Translations under genes and position numbers: made by a program | In this document: positions 12,018-24,592 of the stretch, piece after piece | How positions within the stretch are numbered: position 1 is the first letter of the stretch | Layout of the letters: the number at the start of each line of letters is the position of its first letter | The notes under the pieces: generated by a model | What the model was told of the DNA's origin: nothing | Seen by the model: only the letters and a program-made list of their open reading frames with translations | The model's database searches: none | Source: Mobula hypostoma | Lineage: Eukaryota | Assembly: GCF_963921235.1 (NCBI RefSeq) | Contig: NC_086107.1 | Span: 112,780,001-112,844,000 of the forward strand | Length of the DNA stretch: 64,000 bases | Reading direction: 5' to 3'

Positions 12018-12756
12018 CTAGATGCATAGATACAAGAAAGTAACAGTGCTTTTGATGACCATGTAAAAAACCTGTTCATGAAGAAATTTGATCTTCAAAA
12101 CTATAAGCAAGCAACCCACTCAGAGCCAAAATATTGTTTTATTTTAAACAGACCTCAAATGGCTTTATTAAAGTGACATTGTGACATCCCAGGAAGATGT
12201 ACCCTGTGATAGAGATTTGGGGTACTACTCCCACACTCTGTGAATGACCTGATACCCTTCAAGTGATATTGGGCAGCACGTTAGTGCAACACTATCAGAC
12301 TAGCACCAACCCGGTTCAATTCCTGCTGCTGTCTGTAAGAATTTGCATGTTCTCCTCATGAATGTGTGGGTTTCCTCCCACATTCCAAAGACATTCGAGC
12401 TAGGAAGTTAATTGGTCACATGGGTGCAACTGGGCAGTAGAGGTTTGTTGAGGCGGAAAGACCTGTTACCGTGCTGTAAAGCAAAATAAATATTGGGTGC
12501 CATATGTACAGTACTCTGCCAAAGTCTTATTTGTATACAACGACTTTTCGAAGCATGCTGCAGGAGGGCAGTGCTTTCAGGAAAATGGAGGGAAAAAAGC
12601 TTGGGGAAGAAGGAATAAAAAGACTTGAATGAATGTTTTCAAACACAAAAGGGATTTTTACATTGCAAGTAAGCTGCAAGAGCAAATCCCCGAAACTGCA
12701 GTAGTTTATCCCAACCAAGGGCCGTTAAGCTGAAGGAAAGGGTCCCAGTCACTCAC

Positions 12757-12839
12757 CCAGGTTTTGCCTGTATTCTGATTTTATTCCAATCTGGAGAAGC
12801 TGGTTTTCAAATAGGACCCCATTGTTCTTGCAGACAAAC
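12757..12839 (-). CDS. AP2A1: AP-2 alpha ear exon (~18), [27 protein letters not shown]
   Basis: tgtag / gtgagt; 83 nt, phase 2-1. Confidence 0.96.
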
Positions 12840-13544
12840 CTACATTGGGAAGAGGAGTGGACAGACAGCAAGTAAAGAGTCAGTAATGTTGGCAAGTTAC
12901 TGTTATCAGCTACAGCTAAGGGAACACACTGATAGAAATAGCAGTCACCAAACCCCACCCCAAAGCAGAAGTGCCAACACCCCAGAAAAAAAAGGAAAAT
13001 CCATTGTTTATATTCATTTACCCCCAAGGCTTGCTCCCAATGTCAAGGGTGATTCTGACACCATCTGGATCCCACTGTTACAACTCTAAGTGCTCTCTTC
13101 AAATCTAACACCAGCCAGGAAAGGCAGAATTGAAATGGGTAACTTCCAAAAATTCAAGAGTAAAAGTGTGGCAATTTCAAAAGTAAAATCTTATTGAACC
13201 CCAATGAGACTTCATCCTGTATTATCCCAGTTTTTGTTTTTAAGTCACAAATAAAAGAGTCCCATTTGCAAGACATCTGGTGACTGTTCACTGCACAGTA
13301 GGACTCTAGGCTGAGGCCACCTCACCTTGCAGTCAAAATCGAGGCCCCTCAATTCAAAACCTCTCACAAACTGCACCCCCCCCCGTTCAATAAGCATCTG
13401 CCTCTCCACACACATTTACACTCCAATGAGTGACTGGCTGAGGGTGCAGTCTAGCTAATATTTAACTTGGTTGACAAATCCCAATTTTCAGGCCATCAGA
13501 AAGTTCAGCAATCTGATGTAAGTTAGCCTTGGCCAGCACAGGGT

Positions 13545-14180
13545 CATAGAAAAGTACAGCAGCTCAGCTCTAGACTGCGCCTACGCCCATTGCCCTGCAC
13601 TGGGACGATAGCCCTCTGTAACCCTACCATCCATGTACCGATCCAAACTTCCCTTAAATGTTGAAATCAAGCTCGCATACACCTCTTGTGCTGGCAGCTC
13701 ATTCCACACTCTCACCACCCTCAGTGAAGAATTTCCCCCTGATGTTCCCCTTAAATGTTTCAACTTTCACCCTTACCTCCCATGACCTCGTTTTAGTCCC
13801 ACCCAACCTCAGTGGAAAAAGCCTGCATGCATTTACCCTATCTACTCCCTTTATAATTTTATATACCTCTATCAAATCTCTCCTCAACCTTCTACGTTCC
13901 AAGGAATAAAGCCCTAACTTATTCAATCTTACTTTATAACTCAAATTAGGCTTCACCAACGTCTTATACAACTTCAACATAATATCCCATCTCCTGTCCT
14001 CAATACTTTGATTTATGAAGGCCAATGTGCCAAAAGCGTCCTTTACAATCCTATCTACCTGTGACGCCACCTTCACTGAATTATGTACCTGTATTCCCAG
14101 ATCCCTTTGTTCTATCACATTCTTCAGTGCCCTACTATAATCTGTGTAAGACCGACCATGGTTGGTCCTACTAAAGTATA
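13545..14180 (-). mobile_element. CR1 LINE 3' fragment with an internal deletion
   Basis: ORF 13699..14205: QRDLGIQVH, AFGTLAFI, LGLYSLERRRLRRDLIEVYKI. Confidence 0.88.
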
Positions 14181-16438
14181 GCTTCCACTCTAATACTACT
14201 CTCATGTATTTAATTCAGTCTCAAATGCTGAAGATAAACTTGGCTTTTGTGTTAGTGTGGTCCATGCTCGTGTGGTTAAGACTGTAATTTCCCCCCGTAC
14301 ATACTTGGTATCAATAATACATTTACTCTTTCCTGATGCACGGGTTAATTTATCTGTGTTAGTGAACTAACTTTGTTGAGATGTACAAAAATAAACTTTT
14401 TCATCTTCTCCAGTAATATACCGAATTTTAATGCATGCATTTCTAAACAACAATAAACGAGGACTGAGTGTCCTCATAATCTAATCACTTCCTTCTTCCA
14501 GCTTTTCCCAAGCTCTATATCCCAGTACCTTCCTAAGGAATTGACATTGAATGGATCCAACACTCATCTCTACAATTGACTGACCCTTACTGTATCTTAC
14601 AGTTGGAGTCGTAGAGAAGTACACCACAGAAACAGGCCAAAACCATTCAAGCTGCCATCAACCTGCACCAGGACCACAGCCTACCATGCTCCTACCAGCC
14701 ACATACCAGTTTCTACAGTCACAGGATTAAAAGATGGTAAAAAAAAAGAATCAAATTTCTAAAAGCTATAGAAAGCAAAATTTAAAGTCAAAATTAATTG
14801 CATCTAAAGAGAATTTTTTTCCATACAATGATGCCTTTTGTCAGAAGAGGCACTCCCGCTACTGTCCAGTAGGTGGTAGTGGCGTACCATGCAGAGTGGC
14901 AGAAGTACTCCATCTCCTCAGCTCCCCATTGGGGAGAGATTTCCTCAGATCACAGGCCTATCAAACTGCCCAGAAACTTCAATGAACACCTGTCTTTGCT
15001 TGTATCAAGATTCTCCAGCTCTGCTTAACTATCAGGCTAGCGATACCTGAGCGTGACAACAGTGCATCTCATGACAGGCATCAGTTGCTGCCAAATCAAA
15101 TACGAACACATTGCGATGTGACACCACGTGAACAGGTACTCAACTGCACTACCCAGTCCATTCAGCCCATCGTACTGTTCTATTTGATCATTGCTGACCC
15201 AATTTACACATCTTTATTTGATGCCACTCAAATCCCTTTCCCAAAAACAACCTTACCAAAATAAAAATACTCCCTCAAAAAGAACTGTTAGGGGGAAAAA
15301 AAAGAGCACCAGATATCCAGCACACTTTGTGTAAAGAAATGCTTTCTGACTTGGCTTCAGAACATCCCGACTGTACTTTTGTGTGACCTCTTTATTCTGG
15401 ACTTCTGCGCAAGAGGAAATAATTTCTCTCCACATCATGCCCTTAATTAACTTGAACAAATTGATGAGAATAGTTTGTAATCTGCAATAATCAAGAGAAT
15501 ACGTTGAGCGCTTTACCACATCTTTTTAGCCCTGGTAACATTCCTGTGAATTCTGACTCAGACAGCATGGAAATAGGCATTCAGCCTAACTCACACCGAC
15601 TGCATTGCCCAGCGAGCTAGTCCCATCTGCCTGCATTTAGCCCATAGCCCTCTAAACCTTTCCTATTCATTTACTTAACTAGATGGCTTTTAAATATTGC
15701 TAATGTGCCTGCCCCAACTGCTATTTCTGGCAGCTCCTTCCAAACTTGCAGCATCTTTTGGTTGAAGTAGCTGCCCGATGTTCCTTTTTGAATCTGCCTC
15801 CGATCTGAAACACATGACTGTTTTTAACACCTCCTCCTTAGGAAAACAACTTTGCACTTCAACCTCGTCCATGCCCCTTATCAACTTGTATGCCCATAAA
15901 GCATGGGAGCACAATTAAGCCATTCGGCCCGACAAGTCTACTCTACTGATTTACTTTCCCTCTCAATTCCATTCTCCTGACTTCTCCCCATAATCTTTGA
16001 CGCCTTGTCACCCCCTCAATATCCCATGTTCCAGGTTACAAGCTCTCATCTTCACAGCCTCTGCTTGCAACTCAGGTGTACCCAATTCCAGGCAACATCC
16101 TGATAGATCTTTTCGACACTAAATGCCCCAAGGAAAATAGACCCCATGAAAAAAGGGGCACAAAACATCCCTAGATGAAAGACCTCCATGTTGGAAACAT
16201 TAAAACAAGCCACTGGATTAAAACTAACTCGGAGCATCAGGTCCAAAAAATAGCAATTCCGGATAAACAAAGAGTGATCACTTAAAGTTGCTGAACTTTC
16301 CTCATCTGTAGTGGAGGGAGAAAGGGGTGTCGTCCAGCAGAACACCAGCAGCCACAACACTGCTTTTATAAAAGGCATCTCAGCATTCTTGTATGAAAAG
16401 AAAGCACCCTGAAACAGAGAGAGAAGTAATCTCCTTAC

Positions 16439-16516
16439 TTGTTGAGGAGATCGTCAGCATCAGGCACAGGCAAAGAAGCATCCTCAGAGCCAGCAGTAGG
16501 CACAGTCGCGACAGCA
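16439..16516 (-). CDS. AP2A1: Hinge exon (~17), AVATVPTAGSEDASLPVPDADDLLN(K)
   Basis: Very long CT tract, cctcag / gtaagg; 78 nt, phase 2-2; resembles AP2A1-specific GPEDIGPPIPEADELLNK. Confidence 0.9.
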
Positions 16517-17297
16517 CTGAGGTAGAGCAAGAGGACAAACAGAGAGAGAGGTAGAGAGAAAAAAAATGACAGAGAAAGAGGCAGAGAGAGAAATTATTAG
16601 AGAGAAATGATGGAGTATAAAGCACAATTCTGTTAACAAGCATCAAATTGTTCGTAATGTATAATTTAAGGTTGAAACTTTAATTGAAGAAGTAGAACTG
16701 TTAATGGTACCAGGAGAAGATTGTTCAAATCAGGTTTAAAAATAAATAAATCCATGCTGGACTATGTTTAATCATATTCCTCAGGATAATTACACACAGG
16801 ATTGACTCTTCTCCTGAGTTTCTACCCCCCCCTACCCCCCCCCCCGCATCCCCAAAGGTGACGACTCTTCCTGCTCCTAAAGCACATCTTCCTCTGTTAG
16901 CTCAACCAGCAACTTGGCGACCAGAGACATCAGGACCATGTACAGTGCTGCCCTCGGTACACACAGGTTACTGGGATGCCTTAGATCCCACATCACCAGG
17001 TTCAGGAACAGTTATTACACTTCAACCACCAGGCACCTGGACCAGTGTGGATACCTTCACTCACCTCAACAATCAGCCAATTCTACAATCTATAAGACTC
17101 ACTTTCAAGGAGTTTCAACAAGTTCAATATTATTTATTGATATTTTTTGTATTTGCTACAATTTGTCTTCTTTTGTACATCGGTTGTTTGTCAGTCTGTG
17201 TGTGTAGCTTTTTATTAATTCTATTGTATTTATTTGTACTAACTGTGAATGCCTGCAAGAAAATGAATCTCAGGGTAGAGTATGGTGACATACATGT

Positions 17298-17770
17298 CCT
17301 TACAAAGGACTGTGAGAATAGCCGAGAGGATCACAGGGGCTTCCCGGCTAACCATCGGGGACGTTCATCAGGAGCGCTGTGTACGCAGGGCCCTTAGTAT
17401 TATCAAGGATCCCACTCATCCATCCAGCATCGTCTTTGACTTTCTACCATCAGGCAGGAGACTCCAATGCATATAGACAAGAATGGTCAGGATGGGAAAC
17501 AGTTTCTTCCCTCAGGCCATTAGGCTTCTGAACTCCAAGCATTCAAAGTGTCACTGGTTAATCTACCATAGTTTACAATATTAATTTAAGCACTTCAGTT
17601 GTTATTTATGCGTGATTTATCTGTAGATTTTATCCTTACCTTCATAAGTTATAGTATGTTGTGTACTACTGTGCTTTACACCCTGGTTCAGAGAAACATT
17701 GTCTCATTTCCATATACATTATATGATTACGTACATCATATACATGTATATAGTTAAATGACTTGACTAA
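17298..17770 (+). mobile_element. Rex1/Babar-type LINE 3' fragment
   Basis: LQRTVRIAERITG...IIKDPTHP...LPSGRRL. Related fragments at ~9200-9895, 33620-34050, 40105-40400, 44820-45200, 45970-46500, 56130-56830 and 61060-61480. Confidence 0.8.
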
Positions 17771-18341
17771 TGAATTTACTTTGAACTTTGAAGTGGTTAG
17801 AAACTGTGAACCGGGTTGTACCAGGATATGACTGATATGCTCCTGTTGTGAAGAATGGACTGAGTTATTTCTCTAGACTCGTCTGGACAATGCAGTGCAG
17901 CGTCCCGTGCCAGTCTGCCGCACTCCTCACTCTTTCCCATTTTCTCACCTCATTGTGCATGCCTGCTGACGTGGGACAAACTGACTACGCTAAGCCTCTC
18001 TGGTGACTGCGCGGGCCGCTGGCGTGGTCATTACCCAGGGCATGCTTGTGCGAAAAGCCTCACGGAGCGTGCAGGGTTAAACCAGGCAGGCATAGCAGTA
18101 CATTCCACATGGGAGAGCTGGAGGAAAAGCCCGTTACCGCATGCCAAGCCATTCCGTGCCCAAAGTCGGGAAGGTAAGGAGGAAGCATAGGCTTCTGTCT
18201 TGATACATATTGCACCGCATCTTCTGATTGTCAGCCATAGGCAGAATTGGTAGCAGGGCAGATGGGGTCAGAATAATGCTCCTAATAGTTAGGTTACAGA
18301 CAACAGGTACCAGATATCAGAGTGTTCTGTGCTACCATGCA

Positions 18342-20597
18342 AAACATAGAAACATAGAAACATAGAAAATAGGTGCAGGAGTAGGCCATTCGGCCCTTCG
18401 AGCCTGCACCGCCATTTATTATGATCATGGCTGATCATCCAACTCAGAATCCCGCCCCAGCCTTCCCTCCATACCCCCTGACCCCTGTAGCCACAAGGGC
18501 CATATCTAACTCCCTCTTAAACATAGCCAATGAACTGGCCTCAACAGTTTGCTGTGGCAGAGAATTCCACAGATTCACCACTCTCTGTGTGAAGAAGTTT
18601 TTCCTAATCTCGGTCCTAAAAGGCTTCCCCTCTATCCTCAAACTGTAACCCCTTGTTCTGGACTTCCCCAACATCGGGAACAATCTTCCTGCATCTAGCC
18701 TGTCCAATCCCTTTAGGATCTTATACGTTTCAATCAGATCCCCCCTCAATCTTCTAAATTCCAACGAGTACAAGCCCAGTTCATCCAGTCTTTCTTCATA
18801 TGAAAGTCCTGCCATCCCAGGAATCAATCCAGTGAACCTTCTTTGTACTCCCTCTATGGCAAAGATGTCTTTCCTCAGATTAGGGGACCAAAACTGCACA
18901 CAATACTCCAGGTGTGGTCTCACCAAGGCCTTGTACAACTGCAGTAGTACCTCCCTGCTCCTGTACTCGAATCCTCTCGCTATAAATGCCAGCATACCAT
19001 TCGCCTTTTTCACCGCCTGCTGTACCTGCATGCCCTCTTTCAATGACTGGTGTATAATGACACCCAGGTCTCGTTGCACCTCCCCTTTTCCTAATCGGCC
19101 ACCATTCAGATAATAATCTGTTTTCCTATTTTTGCCACCAAAGTGGATAACTTCACATTTATCCACATTAAATTGCATCTGCCATGAGTTTGCCCACTCA
19201 CCCAACCTATCCAAGTCACCCTGCATCCTCTTAGCATCCTCCTCACTGCTAACACTGCCGCCAAGCTTCGTGTCATCCGGAAACTTGGAGATGCTGCATT
19301 TAATTCCCTCATCCAAGTCATTAATATATATTGTAAACAACTGGGGTCCCAGCACTGAGCCTTGCGGTACCCCACTAGTCACCGCCTGCCATTCTGAAAA
19401 GGTCCCGTTTATTCCCACTCTTTGCTTCCTGTCTGCTAACCAATTCTCCACCCACACCAATACCTTACCCCCAATACCGTGTGCTTTAAGTTTGCACACT
19501 AATCTCCTGTGTGGGACCTTGTCAAAAGCCTTTTGAAAATCCAAATATACCACATCCACTGGTTCTCCCCTATCCACTCTACTAGTTACATCCTCAAAAA
19601 ATTCTATGAGATTCGTCAGACATGATTTTCCTTTCACAAATCCATGCTGACTTTGTCCGATCATTTCTCCGCTTTCCAAATGTGCTGTTATCACATCCTT
19701 GATAACTGACTCCAGCAGTTTCCCCACCACCGACGTTAGGCTAACCGGTCTATAATTCCCTGGTTTCTCTCTCCCTCCTTTTTTAAAAATTGGGGTTACA
19801 TTAGCCACCCTCCAATCCTCAGGAACTAGTCCAGAATCTAACGAGTTTTGAAAAATTATCACTAATGCATCCACTATTTCTTGGGCTACTTCCTTAAGCA
19901 CTCTAGGATGCAGACCATCTGGCCCTGGGGATTTATCTGCCTTCAATCCCTTCAATTTACCTAACACCACTTCCCTACTAACATGTATTTCACTCAGTTC
20001 CTCCATCTCACTGGACCTTCTGTCCCTTACTATTTCTGGAAGATTATTTATGTCCTCCTTAGTGAGGACAGAACCAAAGTAATTATTCAATTGGTCTGCC
20101 ATGTCCTTGCTCCCCATGATCAATTCACCTGTTTCTGTCTGCAGGGGACCTACATTTGTCTTTACCAGTCTTTTCCTTTTTACATATCTATAAAAGCTTT
20201 TACAGTCCGTTTTTATGTTCCCTGCCAGTTTTCTCTCATGATCTTTTTTCCCCTTCCTAATTAAGCCCTTTGTCCTCCTCTGCTGAACTCTGAATTCCTC
20301 CCAGTCCTCAGGTGAGCCACTTTCTCTGGCTAATTTGTATGCTACTTCTTTGGAATTGATACTATCCCTAATTTCTCTTGTCAGCCACGGGTGCACTACC
20401 TTCCTTGATTTATTCTTTTGCCAAACTGGGATGAACAATTGTTGTAGTTCATCCATGCAATCTTTAAATGCTTGCCATTGCATATCCACCGTCAACCCTT
20501 TAAGTGTCATTTGCCAGTCTATCTTAGCTAATTCACGTCTCATAACTTCAAAGTTCCCCTTCTTTAAGTTCAGAACCTTTGTTTCTGAATTAACTAC
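18342..20597 (-). mobile_element. CR1-clade LINE, 5'-truncated, uninterrupted ORF2 RT region and intact 3' tail
   Basis: ORF 18444..20690 has KSPGPDG, YRPVSLTS, YLDFQKAFDKV, GVPQGSVLGP, KFPDD, RPHLEYC; (TTCTATGT)n tail at 18342-18368; no endonuclease domain. Confidence 0.95.
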
Positions 20598-20802
20598 AAT
20601 CACAACAGTCTCAAAGCCCAGTGGGCACAGAAACATCGAACTGAATGAAATAAAAAGCTCAATGCAGAGCCAAGTGACTCTGTCTGACAATCAACAAATT
20701 TAGCTCCATCACAGAGCCTCAGGTGTAAGACAATGTTCATCGGTGATGAGACATCACTTGTCCAGAACTGGAGCTCAATTTTATTCAGACAAAAGGCAAT
20801 CC

Positions 20803-21292
20803 ACACAAAGTGCTGGAGAAACTCAGCACGTCAGGCAGCATCTATGGACATGAACAAACAGTTGATGTTTCAGGCCGAGACCCTTCTTCAGGGCTGAGAA
20901 GGAAGGGAGAAGATGCCAGAATAAAAAGGTGGGGAGAGGGCAAGGTGACAGGTGAAGCCAGGTGGGTGGGAAAGCTCAAGGCCTGGAGAAGGCGGAATCT
21001 GATAGAAGATGACAGTGGACTGTGGGAGATAGGGAAGGAGGGGACCCATGGGGGAAGAAATAGGCAGGTGTGAAGTAGTAAGAGATCAGATTGGAGAATT
21101 TGGGGGGGGGGGGAGGGAGAGAGAGAGAAGAGAAATTAGTTTTCCAGAAGGAGAAATCAATATTTATGCCATCAGGCTACACAAACAGAATACAAGATGT
21201 TTCTCCTCCACCCTGAGAGTGGCCTTGTCTCGGCACAAGAGGAGGCCATGGATCGACATGTTGGAATGGGAACGAGAATTGGAAGTGAGAAA
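20803..21292 (-). mobile_element. Penelope-like element 3' end (family 1): GIY-YIG C-terminal remnant, pyrimidine-rich UTR, degenerate hammerhead
   Basis: HSNMSIHGLLLCRDKATLRVEEKHLVFCL resembles the PLE ORF C-terminus; CTGAAGA-AGGGTCTCGGCCT-GAAA at 20896-20859. Confidence 0.8.
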
Positions 21293-23556
21293 AGAAAAGG
21301 CAGGCAGCATCAAACTGAAAATTATTTGGGCAACATTGAAGCATGCAAATCCCCGATGCACTGTATTCCATTTAATATTGGTTTGGATTAAATCATCCCC
21401 ACACAGAGCCACAGAGAAGCTAGCTTCATTCAAGCCACCTAAAAACATTAGTTCAGTTTGAGCATGTAACAGGACAGGCAAAGAACATTCCCTAGTTGAT
21501 GCACACAAACTAACATGTGACAAATGCGGGAAGCATTACGTGAATCGATGCAAGTTATCCTTTATGTCACCCTGTCAATCTCCAGGCAGTGTCACTCAAG
21601 AGAGTTGAACTAATTTTATTTTGTGTCTGTACGTGCTGGATGGTAACTATGTGTGCTGTGTGTGACTGTATGTAATGTGTTTTACACCTTGGCAGCAGAG
21701 GTACGATGTTTCGTTTAGCTGTATACATGTGTTTGGCTGAATGACAATTAAACTTGGACTTAAGTTGGCCTATCTCCTTACTTCACGCTACATATCTACT
21801 TCAGATTCAGCGACTGGCTTCATAAATCTCACTGCATAATATATAAATCACGTTTATTTTTACTAATTCACTGGCAAGTATTGCCCATCCCTAGGCATAG
21901 AAGAACATCTTGTAGCCGCTCCAGAGGACAGTTAAGAGGCACGAGCATTACCGTGGGCATCAGAGGCAAGGACAACCATTTCCCTCCCTGAACAATTCTA
22001 TAACTTTGCGCAAAAAGATTCGGATAATCTGGCATCCACTGTTTGGACACCCTCTGGTTCACTTGCTAGCCAAGAACATGAACCAGAGGTCCAAGAGAGC
22101 AACTGCGAATGTGCAGCAAGAGCTGGAGCCAGGCCTAGACAGTGGACCAGGAGTTGGGAACCAGGAACACGAAAGGGGTTGCAGCAGGATCTGAGATCCG
22201 GAGCGCTTGCACACCTCCCACTCTGTAAAATGTTCCAATGTCTATAGAATATGCAAAACAGAAAGTGAAATAATGTAAATGAGTAATTGGGCATTAGTAA
22301 CAGTTACAGCCAACAGAACAGGAAATCAGCTTGCACTATCAAAGTTTTACTTAACCACTGACATTTAAAGAAAAAAATTCCAGGTTTATTTAATTTCCTG
22401 AATTTAAATTCCTCAGCTCCTGTGGTAGCTCAGGCTTTGTATACCTGTAACTTGCTTTCTAAGCCTACACAGAGTGGATGTGGAGAGGATGTTTCCTATG
22501 GTAGGGCAGTCTAGGACCAGACGGTACAGCCTCAGAATAGAGGGACGTCCTTTTAGAATGGAGAGGAGGATGAATTTCTTTAGCCAGAAGGTGGTGAATC
22601 TGTGCAATTCATTGCTACAGTTGACTGTCGAGGACAAGTGATTGGACATGTTTAAAGCGGAGGTTGAAAGATTCTTAATTAGAAAGGACATCAAAAGTTA
22701 AGGGGAGAAGGCAGGAGAATGAGGTTGAGAAGGATAACAAATCAGCCATGGAATGGCAGAACAAACTTGATGGGCTGAATGGGCTAATTCTGTTCTATGT
22801 CTTATGCCACCATACCCGAACATATCCTAACTGTACTTGGTTGGCAGCTCCCCCCTCTCTGCTCACCATTAAACCACAGGTGTATTTTTTTGTTTCTTGG
22901 ATTATCACTACACGTAACTGACTCAAAAGGAACATATTAACATGTTCCTGTGAGATTCATTTGCCTGAAATCTTGACAAAAGCTTCAAACTTGAAAGTGA
23001 TAAATTTTCAAGATATGATCGTGGCGTTGTGGGCAGTGATATGTTCTAGTAATTAAGCACTCTAAACAAGAGCAGTTTCTGGATCCTTCCTACCTACTTG
23101 TAACTGCAACAGCCTAAATAAAATACAGTAATTTATTATTTTTAATTTAGAAAAACAGTGCATAGGCCCTTCTGGCCCTTCGAGTTGCAAACCCCGACAA
23201 CCCAGATTTACCCCTAAATGAATCACGGGATAATTTACAATGACCAATTAACTTACTGACCGGTATGGCATTGGACTGTGGGAGGAAACAGGAGCACAAG
23301 GAGCAAACTCATGCATTCCACAGGGAGGACATACAGAGAATGTCAGGACTGAACTCTGACACCTCCACTGTAATAGCATTGCGCTAACCACCATGTTATT
23401 GTGGCGCTCGTGGTATAAAGTCACTCGGGAGTAACCAATATTTCAATTTGGGGGCCTGGACACAGCTTCAGAGCGGATTGTTTGGGGGGTGGGGTGGGGT
23501 GAGCGGGGATGGAGGGATCTGAACAGTCCAGGTTTATTCAGCATTACGTAGCTTAC

Positions 23557-23616
23557 TCTGCACAGAGGGCTGCATCCACCAACGAGGCAGGGCTCTCACC
23601 CGGCAGATCCAGGCTT
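23557..23616 (-). CDS. AP2A1: Cassette hinge exon (~16), (R)SLDLPGESPASLVDAALCA(D), homologous to the neuronal AP2A1 insert
   Basis: Long pyrimidine tract, GAGCAG|AAG tandem acceptor, gtaagc donor; 60 nt, phase 2-2; resembles mammalian [22 protein letters not shown]. Confidence 0.8.
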
Positions 23617-23787
23617 CTGCTCCATCCCAAAGCAGAGGCAAGCGTGCAGAGGAACAGAGGGAACAAAAGGAGAGACCAAATCAATGCAACCACCATAGAA
23701 CTACGCAAAATAAACATCGAGTCACAAGGCTTCTCCTTTAAATTTATGGATTTAAAAACTAACATTATAAGACATTTTGTAGACATA

Positions 23788-24592
23788 CTCTCAGTGGCCA
23801 CTTTATTAAGTACACCTGCTCATAAATGCAAATATCTAATCAGTTAATCATGTGGCAGCAACTCAATGCACAAGAGCATGCAAGCATGATCAAGAGGTTC
23901 AGTTGTTGTTCAGAACAAATATCAGAATTGGGAAGAAATGTAATCTAAGTGACTTTGATCGTAGAGTGATTGTTAGTGCCAGATGGGGTGGTTTGAGTAT
24001 CTCAGAAACTGCTGATTTCCTGGGATTTTCACGCACAACAGTCTTGTTCAAACACAAGAAAATTTGCAGATGCTGGAATTCCAAAGCAACACACACAAAA
24101 TGCTGGAGGAACCCTGTAGGCCAGGCAGCATCTATGGAAAAGAGTAAACAGTCGACGTTGTGGGCCGAGAAGTCCTGAAAAGGGGTTTCGGCCTGAAACA
24201 TCGACAGTTTACTCTTCTCCGTAGATACTGCCTAGTTTGCTGTGTCTACAGAGTTTACAGAAAATGGTACAAATAACAAAAAAAAATCTAGTGAGCAATA
24301 GCTCTGTGGCAAAAACACCTTGTTAATGACACACACACAAAATGCTGGAAGAACTCAGCAGACCACGCAGCATCTATGGAAAAGACAGAACAGTCGACGT
24401 TTCGCGCCAAGAACCTTCTTGTTAATGACAGAGAGGTCAGAGGACAATGGCCAGATGGGTTCAAGCTGATACGAAGGTGATAGTAACTCAAATAACCGTG
24501 CCTTACAACAGTGCAGAAGACCACACCAGGTTCCACTCCTGTTGCCACTTCATTAGGCACACTCCTGTACCTAATAAAATGGCCACTGAGTG
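23788..24592 (+). mobile_element. Internally deleted Tc1/mariner DNA transposon carrying two PLE-end insertions
   Basis: TA flanks; TIRs C(T/A)CTCAGTGGCCACTTTATT; encodes IGKKCNLSDFDRRVIVSARWGGLSISETADFLGFSRTTV (transposase HTH); no DDE domain. Confidence 0.9.

Noticed and set aside
16052..16438. Strong acceptor-like cttctctctctgtttcag 30 nt after the hinge-exon donor, and ORF 16052..16378, as an extra or mutually exclusive exon
   Set aside because: A 30-nt intron is too short. Entering in the required phase hits TAA after 13 codons, and the peptide has no adaptin similarity.
18444..20690. 748-aa ORF as a host gene, retron or domesticated RT
   Set aside because: It is a 5'-truncated CR1 ORF2 with a CR1 tail and a near-identical decayed sister copy; the predicted start lies in flanking DNA.
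18832..20703. Plus-strand ORFs overlapping the CR1 copies and AP2A1 exons (e.g. 19132..19536, 52186..52590, 36219..36794)
   Set aside because: Antisense shadows of real coding frames with no independent support.
20740..20790. C/D box snoRNA suggested by GTGATGA
   Set aside because: Opposite strand to the host gene, and no matching D box or terminal stem found.
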